Positions 27,082-55,785 of a stretch of DNA of 64,000 bases are shown here, in pieces; position 1 is the first letter of the stretch, and the number at the start of each line of letters is the position of its first letter. The notes beneath the pieces are model-generated. The model searched no databases and was not told where the DNA came from. It saw only the letters and a program-made list of their open reading frames with translations. This DNA is from Hemiscyllium ocellatum. Its lineage: Eukaryota. The stretch covers positions 12,845,363-12,909,362 of the forward strand of contig NC_083433.1 of the NCBI RefSeq assembly GCF_020745735.1, in the 5' to 3' direction. The translations under genes and the position numbers were made by a program.

Positions 27082-28135
27082 CAATGGGGAAGGCTGCCTG
27101 ATTGAGACTGAGCAGTCTGCTAGGGAAAGTAAAATGAGGGATGCACACAGGCCAACTCATTTCTGGGAAAGTTGCCCCCCCAGTGTGGATTGGCTCCTTG
27201 TTGTTCCAAGAGGGGCATTTAAAGTGCCCAGCCAGACCAGTACATTTGGAGATTAGGAGGGCATGAATGGTAGTGTGGCTAACTAATAAAACAAGGTGAA
27301 GATCACAGAGCCCAGTTCTGACCCTGGTCAGAAACCCAACTGGCCCTCTAGAACCTTAGGCTGGGCCCACTGTCCAAGGAAGCCACAACACTTGGAATAT
27401 AGTTGTTCTGGCACTCTATGGGCAGCTATGCAAGAAATGTTGGGATTGTATCATTTCCAGGTTGGCTGGTTCCACAATCTGGACAGAAACCAGAGCCTGA
27501 TGGACCTCACCTTAGTGGAGGTGAGCTGGTCATCAGTTTAGTCTCAATTGAGATTTATTGCTTAAAAGTGTAAATAAGTCATTGGAGGCTGAGGTAAGCT
27601 ATTTGAAGGATGTCTGCACTTGACTGTTTGTGAAAGGAAGTTTCTGTATCACCTCAGTTTTCCTTCACCACAAATGTAGCTATTTATTTTTCTCTACATT
27701 AATTGTAGTACAAAAGAAAGGAATGAAGACTGTCCACCCCTAGACTGTAATCTATCCTTATGTTCTACAGAGCGGGTGGTGCAGGGCTGGCTTGACCTCC
27801 TGGTTACTCCAGATCAGCACCTTCTGGAGATCCCAGTCCAGTTGGATGATGAGTGGGGTAGGGAAGAGGAAAAGAAAACCCAGTGAAAGTTTCATAACCT
27901 AGTTATTTGATCAGCCAAATTACTCATTCCAAGCTCAAGAGATCTACCAAAGTGAAGTATCAGTGGTCTGAATGACGGACAATCAGCAAGTACAAGGTTT
28001 TATTCACTTCCATTCAGGTGGTACAGCCATTACATTCTTGCCAACATGCTCCTTCTCCCTGGGAGGGGGAAGCCAGATTGTCCAAGTGAAGTCAGTAATG
28101 CATTCAGACAAAAGCAGACAGTCCCCCAGGCCCCA

Positions 28136-33038
<4,903 letters not shown>

Positions 33039-33130
33039 TCTGTGATGAATACTGTTTTAACTTTCTCCCCAAATCTCAATCACAAATTGAAGATTAACAC
33101 CAACTGTACCTAAACAAACACTGCCTTTGG

Positions 33131-33262
33131 ACTTTTATTTATACTTCAGGAGTTGACCCTCAGTTTATTCAGCAGGAAATGACATCATCAGTGATGGCCA
33201 ATCACTCTTGTTAGTCAATCCATCAGCTGCCATGTCCAATCAGCACAGGATGGGAATTGGAT
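33131..33262 (-). promoter_or_regulatory. Ferritin copy 3 core promoter
   Basis: TATAAATAAAAG, CAGGAAATGACATCA and CCAAT boxes. Confidence 0.7.
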
Positions 33263-34659
33263 CCAGAAGCCAAACAGAATTGACAACTGGTTGATGATGT
33301 CATTGCTGATTGACTTTTGACCTGCTGCATAACTGCAAATTCTGGAAGTGCATCTACCTGAAAATGAAAATAAAACATGCTCTAAAACTTGACTATTGCA
33401 TCTGAGGTTGTTTATTATAAAGACATGCTCAACACAGATTTGCAGAATTCTGTTTGTTCGTTCATCTGAGGAATTTGTCTTCCTGTCTTTTGAATGACAG
33501 TGTTGGGAGTCCATTGAAAAATGGCGAGATTATGTTGACATTAAACATTTGCCTTTTGCTTGACAGTGACAGAAATAATGTGCTTTTGGGTCCTAGTGCA
33601 GGCAACTTTGTGGATCCATTCTAAATCTGCTGTGCCCTCTTTGACCTTGGGTCTCTGGAAGCCCAGTTTACAAACCAAAATGCTAAATGTGCTGAGTGCC
33701 TCAGCCATGTAGTAGGCCTCAGGCCTCCATGTCTAAATTGCTGCTCAAAACCTATGGTACATTCAGCTTTTCTGTCTCCATGTTCAGTTTGTAATTGTTT
33801 CAAGAAGGACCAGCCCTCAACTCAAGGATGTTTCCAAGTGGGAAGATTCTGATTCTGGAAAGTCAGGAGTTGAGAAATTCACAACAGAATTCCCAGCCTC
33901 TGACTTACTCTCATTGCCATGAATATTTATCAGAGTTGACCTCTAACCGTGGTTCCATGTATAATAATCAAACTTGTAATTCAATCTGACAAGTAATGGC
34001 TAGACTGTAACCTGGTATTTGGGAAAGCTATTGGGTCAAAGTAACTTGCTTCCACCAATCCATCCGTCAAGGCTGTGATCATACCCTAACATTGAGTGGG
34101 GACCTTCAATCCCCAAACTCTCACAGCCCACCATTCCACTGGATGCTGCTCAGTTCAACACATTCAACATTAGGTTGAGACACCCTCATGTCCATATCGC
34201 TGTGGGTATGGACCACATAGAGTTCGGAGACTAGTTTCTGAGCAGTACATTCTACAGAATACAATGTAATTAGAATAATAATCCCGCTATTTGGAAACAT
34301 GCTCAAGTTGAGGGCTAGTTCTTCTTGAAACAAGTAAAAACTGAACATGGAGATAGAAAAGCTGAATGTACCATATGTTTCGAGCAGCAATTTAGACACG
34401 GAGGCCTGAGGCCTACTACATGGCTGAGGCACTCAGTACATTTAGTGTTTTGGTTTGTAAACTGGACTATGTATATATTGTCGCATATGCAGTTTGGTTC
34501 TGTACAATTGCATATCAAAGAAACAAATATTGGAGTTTGACTCTATCCAACAAACCAAAGACTTCTCTTACTTGAACCAGACTATATTTACATGCATTTG
34601 AGGCAGTGGAAAGATCCAATAACTGAATGGATCCTCATTAACCTTCAGCAGAAAGACTT

Positions 34660-35615
34660 CAGACAATGGTCTTTCCCCACATGCCCCTCAGCGGCAGCTG
34701 CCCCAAGCTTCAGCGCGTCCCTCAGCGCGTAGACCTGGACCTTGGAATGTGCCAGTCTGCAATTCTCAGTCAGGGTCAACTACTTGCTCTGGAAGACCAA
34801 CCAAATTTTGGGTAAACCAAAGGGGGCCTTTCACTGAGTGGATGGTCCTCCAGGCGCAGTTGATGTTTTTCTTGGTGTGCGTCCCGAGGAGCAGACCATA
34901 GAGCACAGAGTCCCACGTCATGGATCTGCTCAGGACGACACTCAACACACACCACTGCATCATCCTCCAGACTTCCTTTGCAAGGGCACATTCAGGAAGG
35001 AGATGTGGAACAGTCTCTATCCCTGGCAGCCGCTTCGCGGGCAGCGTTCGATGGAGCAGAGAGACCGGGCGTGCATGAGGATTTCACAGGTAATACCCTT
35101 CTTACCACCAGCCAAGCGATGTCTTGGTGCTTGTTGGAAAGTTCTGGTGATGAGTCATTCTGCCAAAAGGCTTTAACAGACTGCTCAGGGGACAACCCGA
35201 AAGGATCCACCCTCTCCTTTTCCCGAAGGGTCTCAAGGACACTATGTGCTGACCACCTCCTGGGGGACTTGTGGTCGAGAGTGTTTTTTTTTTAGAAATT
35301 TCTCCACAAAGGACAGGTGTTATGGAATGGTCAAACTACTTGGAGGGTTTCACGGCAATGAGGCCAGGCCCATGATTCCCAAAACCAGGGACAGGTGGAA
35401 CCTCAGTACATAGTGACGCTTGGTATCTGCGTACCGGGATCTATACACAACTTGATGCAGCTGCACGCAAAGATGGCCATCAGAATAAGGGCAGTATGTT
35501 CCTCCCTCCCTCATCCAGAGTTTTGGGCATGGTGTCCCTATGGACCTCCAGGTGAAGTGGAAGATGACTCAGGTAACTGCAGTTTCAGGGAACAGGTCAG
35601 ACCTGCATCACAGCC

Positions 35616-35646
<31 letters not shown>

Positions 35647-35825
35647 GAGAGATTGCCTCACACCTGATGACCAGGATTTTACTGACAATGGAGAGGGAGT
35701 GGTGCTCCTAAAGGCCCAGTTTCTGCCTCACCTTGGCGATGCGCACCACCCAAGATTTTGCACACACCCCTCTGAATCGTACTCCCAGCACCTTCAGGTA
35801 ACCTCTCCTGACGTGACGGGGTAAA
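34660..35825 (-). mobile_element. Tx1-like LINE fragment (duplicated with the unit)
   Basis: Paralog of 25080-26220. Confidence 0.75.
35615..35646 (+). repeat. (CAA)10 microsatellite
   Basis: Seen directly. Only 2-3 units at the paralogous sites. Confidence 0.9.
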
Positions 35826-37742
35826 GGATTAAGGATCAGTCAGCCCAGTTGCCAATTAACATGGTTTTGCTCTTTGTCTCAATGTACCTTGGCTCTCAGG
35901 ACAAAAGATACAAGGCTGGGTGGATTGTCCGTGCTAAATTGCTGATAGCGTCTAGGGATAGGTAGGCTTGGTGGATCAGCCTTGGGATATGGGGTATAGC
36001 ATGGGTCTGAACAAGATGCTGTTCAGATGATTGAGTCTGTATCAATGGGCTGAGTAGCCTCTTGCTGGACTGTAGGGATTCTATCAGCATGTCTTAATGT
36101 TTGGTTAAAATAAAAGGATTTATGTGCTGGAATAAATATGTTCAGTGCCTTAAAGTCTCACCCCCACCCTGAAGGTTGCAGAATGCACTAGTTAAACAAA
36201 ATGCACTGAAACAATCACCAGGCTGTTGCTGACAGCCCCCTCCCTAACCCATGATCCCTGAAAACTTAAAAGATAAGTGAAGCAGCTGTACAGGAGAGTC
36301 AGTATCTCCAGGTTTTCTCTCCCAGTCACACCCACTCCCCAACATGGAGAGCAATCATTGTTCCTTCAACATCACTGGGTCAAATCAAACTGCATCAGGA
36401 GAATCCTTCAGCACATGGGAAGCTGGGAGGAAGCTAGGATCAGCTTGGACTGCAAACTGCTGACTTTAGCAGCAAGGGTAAATCAGATGGAAGCATCTAA
36501 CCTCAAGCATTGCTGTTATTCCCAGATCACTGTCATCCTGCTCATTTCAGCTGTCGGGGGCTATGCCGAACACACATTATAATCCATTGCAGCTCAGGAA
36601 AGTTCCTTGAGCTGACTCCCTGGAATTCTCCCCTGCTCTGGGGTACCAGGCCAGATGTTTTTTTTCCAACAAAAGGTTGGGGGGCTATGGGGGAGGCTGC
36701 CTGATTGAGACTGAGCAGTCTACTAGGGAAAGTAAAAATGGGGGATTCACACAGGACAACTCATTTCTGGGAAAGTTGCCCCCCCACAGTGTGGATTGGC
36801 TCCTTGTTGGTCCAAGAGGGGCATTTAAAGTGCCCAGCCAGAGCAGTACGTGTGGAGAGTAGGAGGGCATGAATGGTCAGTGTGGCTAACTACTCAAACA
36901 AGGTGAAGATCAAAGGGCCCAGTACTGACCCTGGTCAGAAACCCAACTGGTCCTCTCGAACCTTAGGCTGGGCCCACTGTCCAAGGAAGCCACAACACTT
37001 GGAATATAGTTGTTCTGGCACTCTATGGGCAGCTATGGAAGAAATGTTGGGATTGTATCATTTCCAGGTTGGCTGGTTCCACAATCTGGACAGAAACCAG
37101 AGCCTGATGGACCTCACCTTAGTGGAGGTGAGCTGGTCATCAGTTTAGACTCAATTGAGATTTATTGCTAAAGTGAAAATAAGTCATTAGAGGCTTAGGT
37201 AAGCTATTTGAAGGATGTCTGCACTTGACTGTTTGTGAAAGGAAGTTTCTGTATCACCTCAGTTTTCCTTAACCACAAATGTAGCTATTAAGTCCAAAGA
37301 AAAATAAAGTGTTAATAGTACAAAAGAAAAGGAATGAAGACTTTCCACCCCTAGACTGTAATCCAACCTTACATTCTACAGAGGGGGTGGTGCAGGGCTG
37401 GCCTGACCTCATGGTTACTCCAGAGCAGCACCTTCTGGAGATCCCAGTCCAGTTGGATGATGAGTGGGGTAGGGAAGAGTAAAAGAAAACCCAGTGAAAG
37501 TTTCATAACCTAGTTATTTGATCAGCCAAATTACTCATTCCAAGCTCAAGAGATCTACCAAAGTAAAAGTATCAGTGGTCTGAATGATGGGCAATCAGCA
37601 AGATTTTATTCATTTCCATTTCAGGTGGTACAGCCATTACATTCTTGCCAACATGCTCCTTCTCCCTGGGTGGGGGAAGCCAGATTGTCCAAGTGAAGTC
37701 AGTAATGCATTCACACAAAAGCAGACAGTCCCCCAGGCCCCA

Positions 37743-42918
<5,176 letters not shown>

Positions 42919-43011
42919 TCTGTGAGAAATACTGCTTTTAGCTTTCACCCCAAAGCCCAATCACAAATTGAAGATTAACACCAAATGTACCTAAACAAAC
43001 AGTGCCTTTGA

Positions 43012-43142
43012 ACTTTTATTTATACTTCAGGAGTTGACCCTCAGTTTATTCAGCAGGAAATGACATCATCAGTGATGGCCAATCACTCTTGTTAGTCAAT
43101 CCATCAGCTGCCATGTCCAATCAGCACAGGATGGGAATTGGA
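43012..43142 (-). promoter_or_regulatory. Ferritin copy 4 core promoter
   Basis: TATAAATAAAAG, CAGGAAATGACATCA and CCAAT boxes. Confidence 0.7.
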
Positions 43143-44544
43143 TCCAGAAGCCAAACAGAATTGACAACTGGTTGATGATGTCATTGCTGATTGACTTTTG
43201 ACCTGCTGCATAACTGCAAATTCTGGAAGTGCATCTACATGAAAATGAAAATAAAACATACTCTAAAACTTCACTATTGCATCTGAGGTTGTTTATTATA
43301 AAGACATGCTCAACACAGATTTGCAGAATTCTGTTTGTTCGTTTGTTACTCTGAGGAATTTGTCTTCCTGTCTTTTGAATGACAGTGTTGGGAGTCCATT
43401 GAAAAATGGCTAGATTTTGTTGACATTAAACTTTTGCCTATTGCTTGACAGTGACAGAAATAATGTGCTTTTGGGTCCTAGTGCAGGCAACTTTGTGGAT
43501 CCATTCTAAATCTGCTGTGACCTCTTTGACCTTGGGTCTCTGGAAGCCCAGTTTACAAACCAAAATGCGAAATGTGCTGAGTGCCTCAGCCATGTAGTAG
43601 GCCTCAGGCCTCCATGTCTAAATTGCTGCTCAAAACCTATGGTACATTCAGCTTTTCTGTCTCCATGTTCAATTTGTAATTGTTTCAAGAAGGACCAGCC
43701 CTCAACTCAAGGATGTTTCCAAGTGGGAAGATTCTGATTCTGGAAAGTCATGAGTTGAGAAATTCACAACAGAATTCCCAGCCTCTGACTTACTCTCATC
43801 GCCGTGAATATTTATCAGAGTTGACCTCTAACCGTGGTTTCATGTGTAATATTCAAACTTGTAATTCAATCTGACAAAATAGGGCTAGACTGTAACCTGG
43901 TATTTGGGAAAGTTATTGGGTCAAAGTAACTTGCTTCCACCAATCCATCCGTCAAGGCTGTGATCATACCCTAACATTGAGTGGGGACCTTCAATCCCCA
44001 AACTCTCACAGCCCACCATTCCACTGGATGCTGGTCAGTTCAACACATTCAACTTTAGGTTGAGACAACCTCATGTCCATATCGCTGTGGGTGTGGACCA
44101 CATAGAGTTCGGAGACTAGTTTCTGAGCTATACATTCTACAGAATACAATATAATTAGAATAATAATCCCGCTATTTGGAAACATGCTCAAGTTGAGGGC
44201 TGGTTCTTCTTGAAACAAGTAAAAACTGAACATGGAGATAGAAAAGCTGAACGTGCCATATGTTTCGAGCAGCAATTTAGACATGGAGGCCTGAGGCCTA
44301 CTACATGGCTGAGGCACTCAGCACATTTAGTGTTTTGGTTTATAAACTGGACTATGTATATATTGTCGCATATGCAGTTTGGTTCTGTACAATTGCATAT
44401 CAAAGAAACAAATATTGGAGTTTGACTCTATCCAACAAACCAAAGACTTCTCTTACTTGAACCAGATTATATTTACATGCATTTCAGGCAGTGGAAAGAT
44501 CCAATAACTGAATGGATCCTCATTAACCTTCAGCAGAAAGACTT

Positions 44545-45700
44545 CAGACAATGGTCTTTCCCCACATGCCCCTCAGCGGCAGCTGCCCCAAGCTTCAGCG
44601 CGTCCCTCAGCGCGTAGACCTTGGAATGTGCCAGTCTGTTAATTCGCAGTCAGGGTCAACTACTTGCTCTGGAAGACCAACCAAATTTTGGGTAGACCAA
44701 AGGGGGCCTTTCACTGAGTGGATGGTCCTCCAGGCGCAGTTGATGTTTGTCTTGGTGTGTGTCCTGAGGAGCAGACCATAGAGCACAGAGTCCCACGTCA
44801 TGGATCTGCTCAGGATGACTCTCAACACACACCACTGCATCATCCTCCAGACTTCCTTTGCAAGGGCACATTCTAGAAGGAGATGTGGAACAGTCTCTAT
44901 CCCTGGCAGCTGCTTTGCGGGCAGAGTTCGGTGGTGAAGAGAGACCGGGCGTGCATGAGGATTTCACAGGTAATACCCTTCTTACCACCAGCCAAGTGAT
45001 GTCTTGGTGCTTGTTGGAAAATTCTGGTGATGAGTCATTCTGCCAAATGGCTCTGACAGACTGCCCAGGGGACAATCCGACAGGATCCACCCTCTCCTTT
45101 TCCCGAAGGGTCTCAAGGACACTACGTGCTGACCGCCTTCTGGTGGACTCGTGGTCGAAGGTGTTTTTTTTTAGAAATTTCTCCACAAAGGACAGGTGTT
45201 ATGAAATAGTCAAACTACTTAGAGGGTTTCACGGCCATGAGGCCAGGCCCATAATTCACAACACCAGGGTCAGGTGGAACCTCAATACCTAGTGACACTT
45301 GATGTCTGCGTACCGGGGTCGATGAACAACTTGATGCAGCTGCACACAAAGATGGCCATCAGAATAAGGGCAGTAGGTTCCTCCCTCCCTCATCCAGAGT
45401 TTTGGGCATGGTGTTCCTATGGATAAAGTCCATTCTAGACCTCCAGGTGAAGTGGAAGATGGCTCAGGTAACAGTGCAGTTTCAGGGAACAGGCCAGACC
45501 TGCATCACAGAAAACAACAGAGAGATTGCCTCACACCTGATGACCAGGATTTTACCCACAATGGAGAGGGAGTGGTGCTCCCAAAGGCCTAGTTTCTCCC
45601 TCACCTTGGCGATGCACTCCTCCCAAAATTTTGCACACACCCCACTGAATCGTACTCCCAGCACCTTCAGGTAATCTGTCCTGACGGTGAAGGGATAAAG
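44545..45700 (-). mobile_element. Tx1-like LINE fragment (duplicated with the unit)
   Basis: YLKVLGVRF..W..CIAKVREKLGLWEHHSLSIVGKILVI is typical of the post-RT region of L1/Tx1 ORF2. Confidence 0.78.
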
Positions 45701-46848
45701 GATTAAGGATTGGTCAGCCCAGTTGCCAATTAACATGGTTTTGCTCTTTGTCTCAATTTACCTCGGCTCCCAGGACCAAAGATATCAGGCTAGGTGGATT
45801 GGCCGTTCTAAATTGCTGATAGCATCTAGAGATGGGTAGGCTAAGTGGATCAGCCTTGGGATATGGGATATAGCATGGGTCTGAACAGGATGCTGTTCAG
45901 ATGATTGATGCAGACTCAATGGGCTGAATAGCCTCTTTCTGGACTGCAGGGATTCTATCAGCATATCTTAATGTTTGGTTAAAATAAAAGGATTTATGTG
46001 CTGGAATAAATGTTAAGTGCCTTAAAGTCTCACCCCCACCCTTAAGGTTGCAGTATGCACTAGCTAAACAAAATTCACTGAAACAATCACAAGAATGTCT
46101 GACAGCCCCTTCCCTAACCCATGATCCCTGAAACCTTGAAAGATAAATGAAATAGCTGTACAGGAGTGTTAGTATCTCCAGGTTTTCTCTCCCAGTCACA
46201 CCCACTCCTCAACATGGAGAGCAATCATTGTTCCTTCAACATCACTGGGTCAAATCAAACTGCATCAGGAGAATCCTTCAGCACATGGGAAGCTGGAAGG
46301 AAGCTCGGATCAGCTTGGACTGCAAACTGCTGCCTTTAGCAGCAAGAGTAAATCAGATGGAAGCATCTAACCTCAAGCATTGCTGTTATTCCCAGATCAC
46401 TGTCATCCTGCTCATTTCAGCTGTAGGGGGCAATGCAGAGCACACATTATCATCCATTGCAGCTCAGGAGAGTTCCTTGAGCTGACTCCCAGGAATGTCA
46501 GGTGATTTTCCCCTGCTCTGGGATGGCAGGCATGAAGTGTTTTTTTTTAAAAAAAAAGAAAAAGGTTGGGGGCCGTGGGGATGGTGGCCTGATTTTGTGA
46601 CTGGGCAGTCTGCTAGGGAAAGTAAAATGAGGGATGCACCTAGGACAACTCACTTCTGGAAAAGTTGCACCCCCAGTGTGGATTGGCTCCTTGTTGTTCC
46701 AATAGGGGCATTGAAAGTTCCCACCCAGAGCAGTACATTTGAGATTTGGAGAGCACGAATGGTCAGTATGGCTAACTGCTGAAACAAGTTGAAGATCAGA
46801 GGGCCCAGTCCTGACCCTGATCAGAAACCCAACTGGCCCTCTAGAACC

Positions 46849-47143
46849 TTAGATTAGATTACTTACAGTGTGGAAACAGGCCCTTCGGCCCAACAAGTCC
46901 ACACCGACCCACCGAAGCGCAACCCACCCATACCCCTACATTTACCCCTTGCCTAACACTACGGGCAATTTAGCATGGCCAATTCACCTGACCTGCACAT
47001 CTTTGGACTGTCGGAGGAAACCTGAGCACCCAGCAGAAACCCACGCAGACACGGAGAGAATGTGCAAACTCCACACACAGTCAGTTGCCTGAGTCGGGAA
47101 TTGAACCCGGGTCTCAGGTGCTGTGAGGCAGCAGTGCTAGCCA
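46849..47143 (-). mobile_element. HE1-type V-SINE, slightly 5'-truncated, unit-specific
   Basis: Same family as 40168-40469. Inserted at CTAGAACCTTAG, which is uninterrupted in other units. Confidence 0.88.
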
Positions 47144-47930
47144 CACCACCCACAAAGCTAGGCCCACTGCACAAGGAGGCCACAACATTTGGAATATAGT
47201 TGTTCTGTCACTATTGGCAGTGATGCAAGAAACATTGGGATTGTATCATTTCCAGGTTGGCTGGTTCCACAATCTGGACAGAAACCAGAGCCTGATGGAC
47301 CTCACCTTAGTGGAGGTGATCTGGTCAACAGTTTAGCAATAAATAATCAGTCGAGTCTAAAGTGAAAATAAGTCACTGGAGGTTTAGGTAAGCTATTTGA
47401 AGGATGTCTGCACTTGACTGTTTGTGAAAGGAAGTTTCTGTATCACCTCAGTTTTCCTTAACCACAAATGTAGCTATTTATTTTTCTCTGGGCTTAAGCG
47501 TTCATTGTAGTACAAAAAGAAATTGAAGACTGTCCACCCCTAGACTGTAATCCAACCTTACATTCTACAGAGGGGGTGGTGCAGGGCTGGCCTGACCTCA
47601 TGGTTACTCCAGAGCAGCACCTTCTGGAGATCCCAGTCCAGTTGGATGATGAGTGGGGTAGGGAAGAGTAAAAGAAAACCCAGTGAAAGTTTCATAACCT
47701 AGTTATTTGGTCAGCCAAATTACTCATTCCAAGCTCAAGACATCGACCAAAGTGACGTATCAGTGGTCTGAATGATGGGCAATCAGCAAGATTTTATTCG
47801 TCTCCATTTCAGGTGGTACAGCCATTACATTCTTGCCAACATGCTCCTTCTCCCTGGGTGGGGGAAGCCAGATTGTCCAAGTGAAGTCAGTAATGCATTC
47901 AGACAAAAGCAGACAGTCCCCCAGGCCCCA

Positions 47931-53012
<5,082 letters not shown>

Positions 53013-53104
53013 TATGTGATGAATACTGTTTTAACTTTCTCCCCAAATCCCAATCACAAATTGAAGATTAACACCAACTGTACCTAAACAAACACTGCCT
53101 TTGG

Positions 53105-53236
53105 ACTTTTATTTATACTTCAGGAGTTGACCCGCAGTTTATTCAGCAGGAAATGACATCATCAGTGATGGCCAATCACTCTTGTTAGTCAATCCATCAG
53201 CTGCCATGTCCAATCAGCACAGGATGGGAATTGGAT
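53105..53236 (-). promoter_or_regulatory. Ferritin copy 5 core promoter
   Basis: TATAAATAAAAG, CAGGAAATGACATCA and CCAAT boxes. Confidence 0.7.
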
Positions 53237-54639
53237 CCAGAAGCCAAACAGAATTGACAACTGGTTGATGATGTCATTGCTGATTGACTTTTGACCTGCT
53301 GCATAACTGCAAATTCTGGAAGTGCATCTACCTGAAAATGAAAATAAATATAAAACATACTCTAAAACTTGACTATTGCATCTGAGGTTGTTTATTATAA
53401 AGACATGCTCAACACAGATTTGCAGAATTCTGTTTGTTCGTTCATCTGAGGAATTTGTCTTCCTGTCTTTTGAACGGCAGTGTTGGGAGTCCATTGAAAA
53501 ATGGCGAGATTATGTTGACATTAAACATTTGCCTCTTGCTTGACAGTGACAGAAATAATGTGCTTTTGGGTCCTAGTGCAGGCAACTTTGTGGATCCATT
53601 CTAAATCTGCTGTGCCCTCTTTGACCTTGGGTCTCAGGAAGCCCAGTTTACAAACCAAAATGCGAAATGTGCTGAGTGCCTCAGCCATATAGTAGGCCTC
53701 AGGCCTCCATGTCTAAATTGCTGCTCAAAACCTATGGTACATTCAGCTTTTCTATCTCCATGTTCAATTTGTAATTGTTTCAAGAAGGACCAGCCCTCAA
53801 CTCAAGGATGTTTCCAAGTGGGAGGATTCTGATTCTGGAAAGTCAGGAGTTGAGAAATTCACAACAGAATTCCCAGCCTCTGACTATTTCTCATCGCCGT
53901 GAATATTTATCAGGGTTGACCTCTAACCGTGGTTTCATGTGTAATATTCAAACTTGTAATTCAATCCGACAAAATACGGCTAGACTGTAACCTGGTATTT
54001 GGGAAAGTTATTGGGTCAAAGTAACTTGTTTCCACCAATCCATCCGTCAAGGCTGTGATCATACCCTAACATTGAGTGGGGATCTTCAATCTCCAAACTC
54101 TCCCAGCCCACCATTCCACTGGAGGCTGCTCAGTTCAACACAATCAACATTAGGTTGAGACACTTTGATGTCCATATCGCTGTGGGTATGGACCACATAG
54201 AGCTCAGAGACTAGTTTCTGAGCAGTACATTCTGCAGAAAACAATGTAAACAGAACAATAATCCTGCTAATTGGAAACATGCTCAAGTTGAGGGCTAGTT
54301 CTTCTTGAAACAAGTAAAAACTGAACATGGAGATAGAAAAGCTGAATGTACCATATGTTTCGAGCAGCAATTTAGACATGGAGGCCTGAGGCCTACTACA
54401 TGGTTGAGGCACTCAGCACATTTACTGTTTTGGTTTGTAAACTGGACTATGTATATATTGTCGCATATGCAGTTTGGTTCTGTACAATTGCATATCAAAG
54501 AAACAAATATTGGAGTTTGACTCTATCCAACAAACCAAAGACTTCTCTTACTTTAACCAGATTATATTTACATGCATTTGAGGCAGTGGAAAGATCCAAT
54601 AATTGAATGGATCCGCATTAACCTTCAGCAGAAACACTT

Positions 54640-55785
54640 CAGACAATGGTCTTTCCCCATATGCCCCTCAGTGGCAGCTGCCCCAAGCTTCAGTGCGTCC
54701 CTCAGCACGTAGTCCTGGACCTTGGAATGTGCCAGTCTGCAACACTCAGTCGGGTCAACTACTTGCTCTGGAGAACCAACCAAATTTTGGGTAAACCAAA
54801 GGGGCCTTTCACTGAGTGGATGGTCCTCCAGGCACAGTTGATGTTTGTCTTGGTGTGCGTCCTGAGGAGCAGACCATAGAGCACAGAGTCCCACGTCATG
54901 GATCTGCTCAGGACGACTCTCAACACACACCACTGCATCATCCTCCAGACTTCCTTTGCAAGGGCACATTCAGGAAGGAGATGTGGAACAGTCTCTATCC
55001 CTGGCAGCCGCTTCGCGGGCAGCGTTCGATGGCGCAGAGAGACCGGGCGTGCATGAGGATTTCACAGGCAATACCCTTCTTACCACCAGCCAAGTGATGT
55101 CTTGGTGCTTGTTGGAAAGTTCTGGTGATGAGTCATTCTGCCAAAAGGCTTTAACAGACTGCTCAGGGGACAACCCGACAGGATCCACCCTCTCCTTTTC
55201 CCGAAGGGTCTCAAGGACACTACTTGCTGACCACCTCCTGGTGGACTCGTGGTCGAAAGTGTTTATTTTAGAAATTTCTCCACAAAGGACAGGTGATATG
55301 GAATGGTCAAACTACTTGGAGGGTTTCAAGGCAATGAGGCTAGGCACATGATTCGCAACACCAGGGTCAGGTGGAACCTCAGTACGTAGTGACACTTGGT
55401 GTCTGCGTACCGGGGTCTATGCACAACTTGATGCAGCTGCACACAAAGATGGCCATCAGAATAAGGGCAGTATGTTCCTCCCTCTCTCATCCAGAGTTTT
55501 GGGCATGGTGTCCCTAAGGACACAGAAGTCTACGATGGACCAGGTGAAGTGGAAGATGGCTCAGGTAACAGTGCAGTTTCAGGGAACAGGCCAGACGTGC
55601 ATCACAAACAACAACAGAGAGAGTGCGCCTCACACCTGATGACCAGGATTTTACCCACAATGGAGAGGGAGTGGTGCTCCCAAAGGCCCAGTTTCTGCCG
55701 CATCTTGGTGATGCGCTCCTCCCAAAATTTTGCACACACCCCTCTGAATCGTATTCCCAGCACCTTCAGTGAAGGGATAAAGGAT
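54640..55785 (-). mobile_element. Tx1-like LINE fragment (duplicated with the unit)
   Basis: PTECCRLAHSKVQDYVLRDALKLGAAA directly matches 1-120. Confidence 0.78.

Noticed and set aside
35395-35824. Poly-Q / poly-T containing ORFs
   Set aside because: Translation of a (CAA)n expansion inside a decayed Tx1 fragment.
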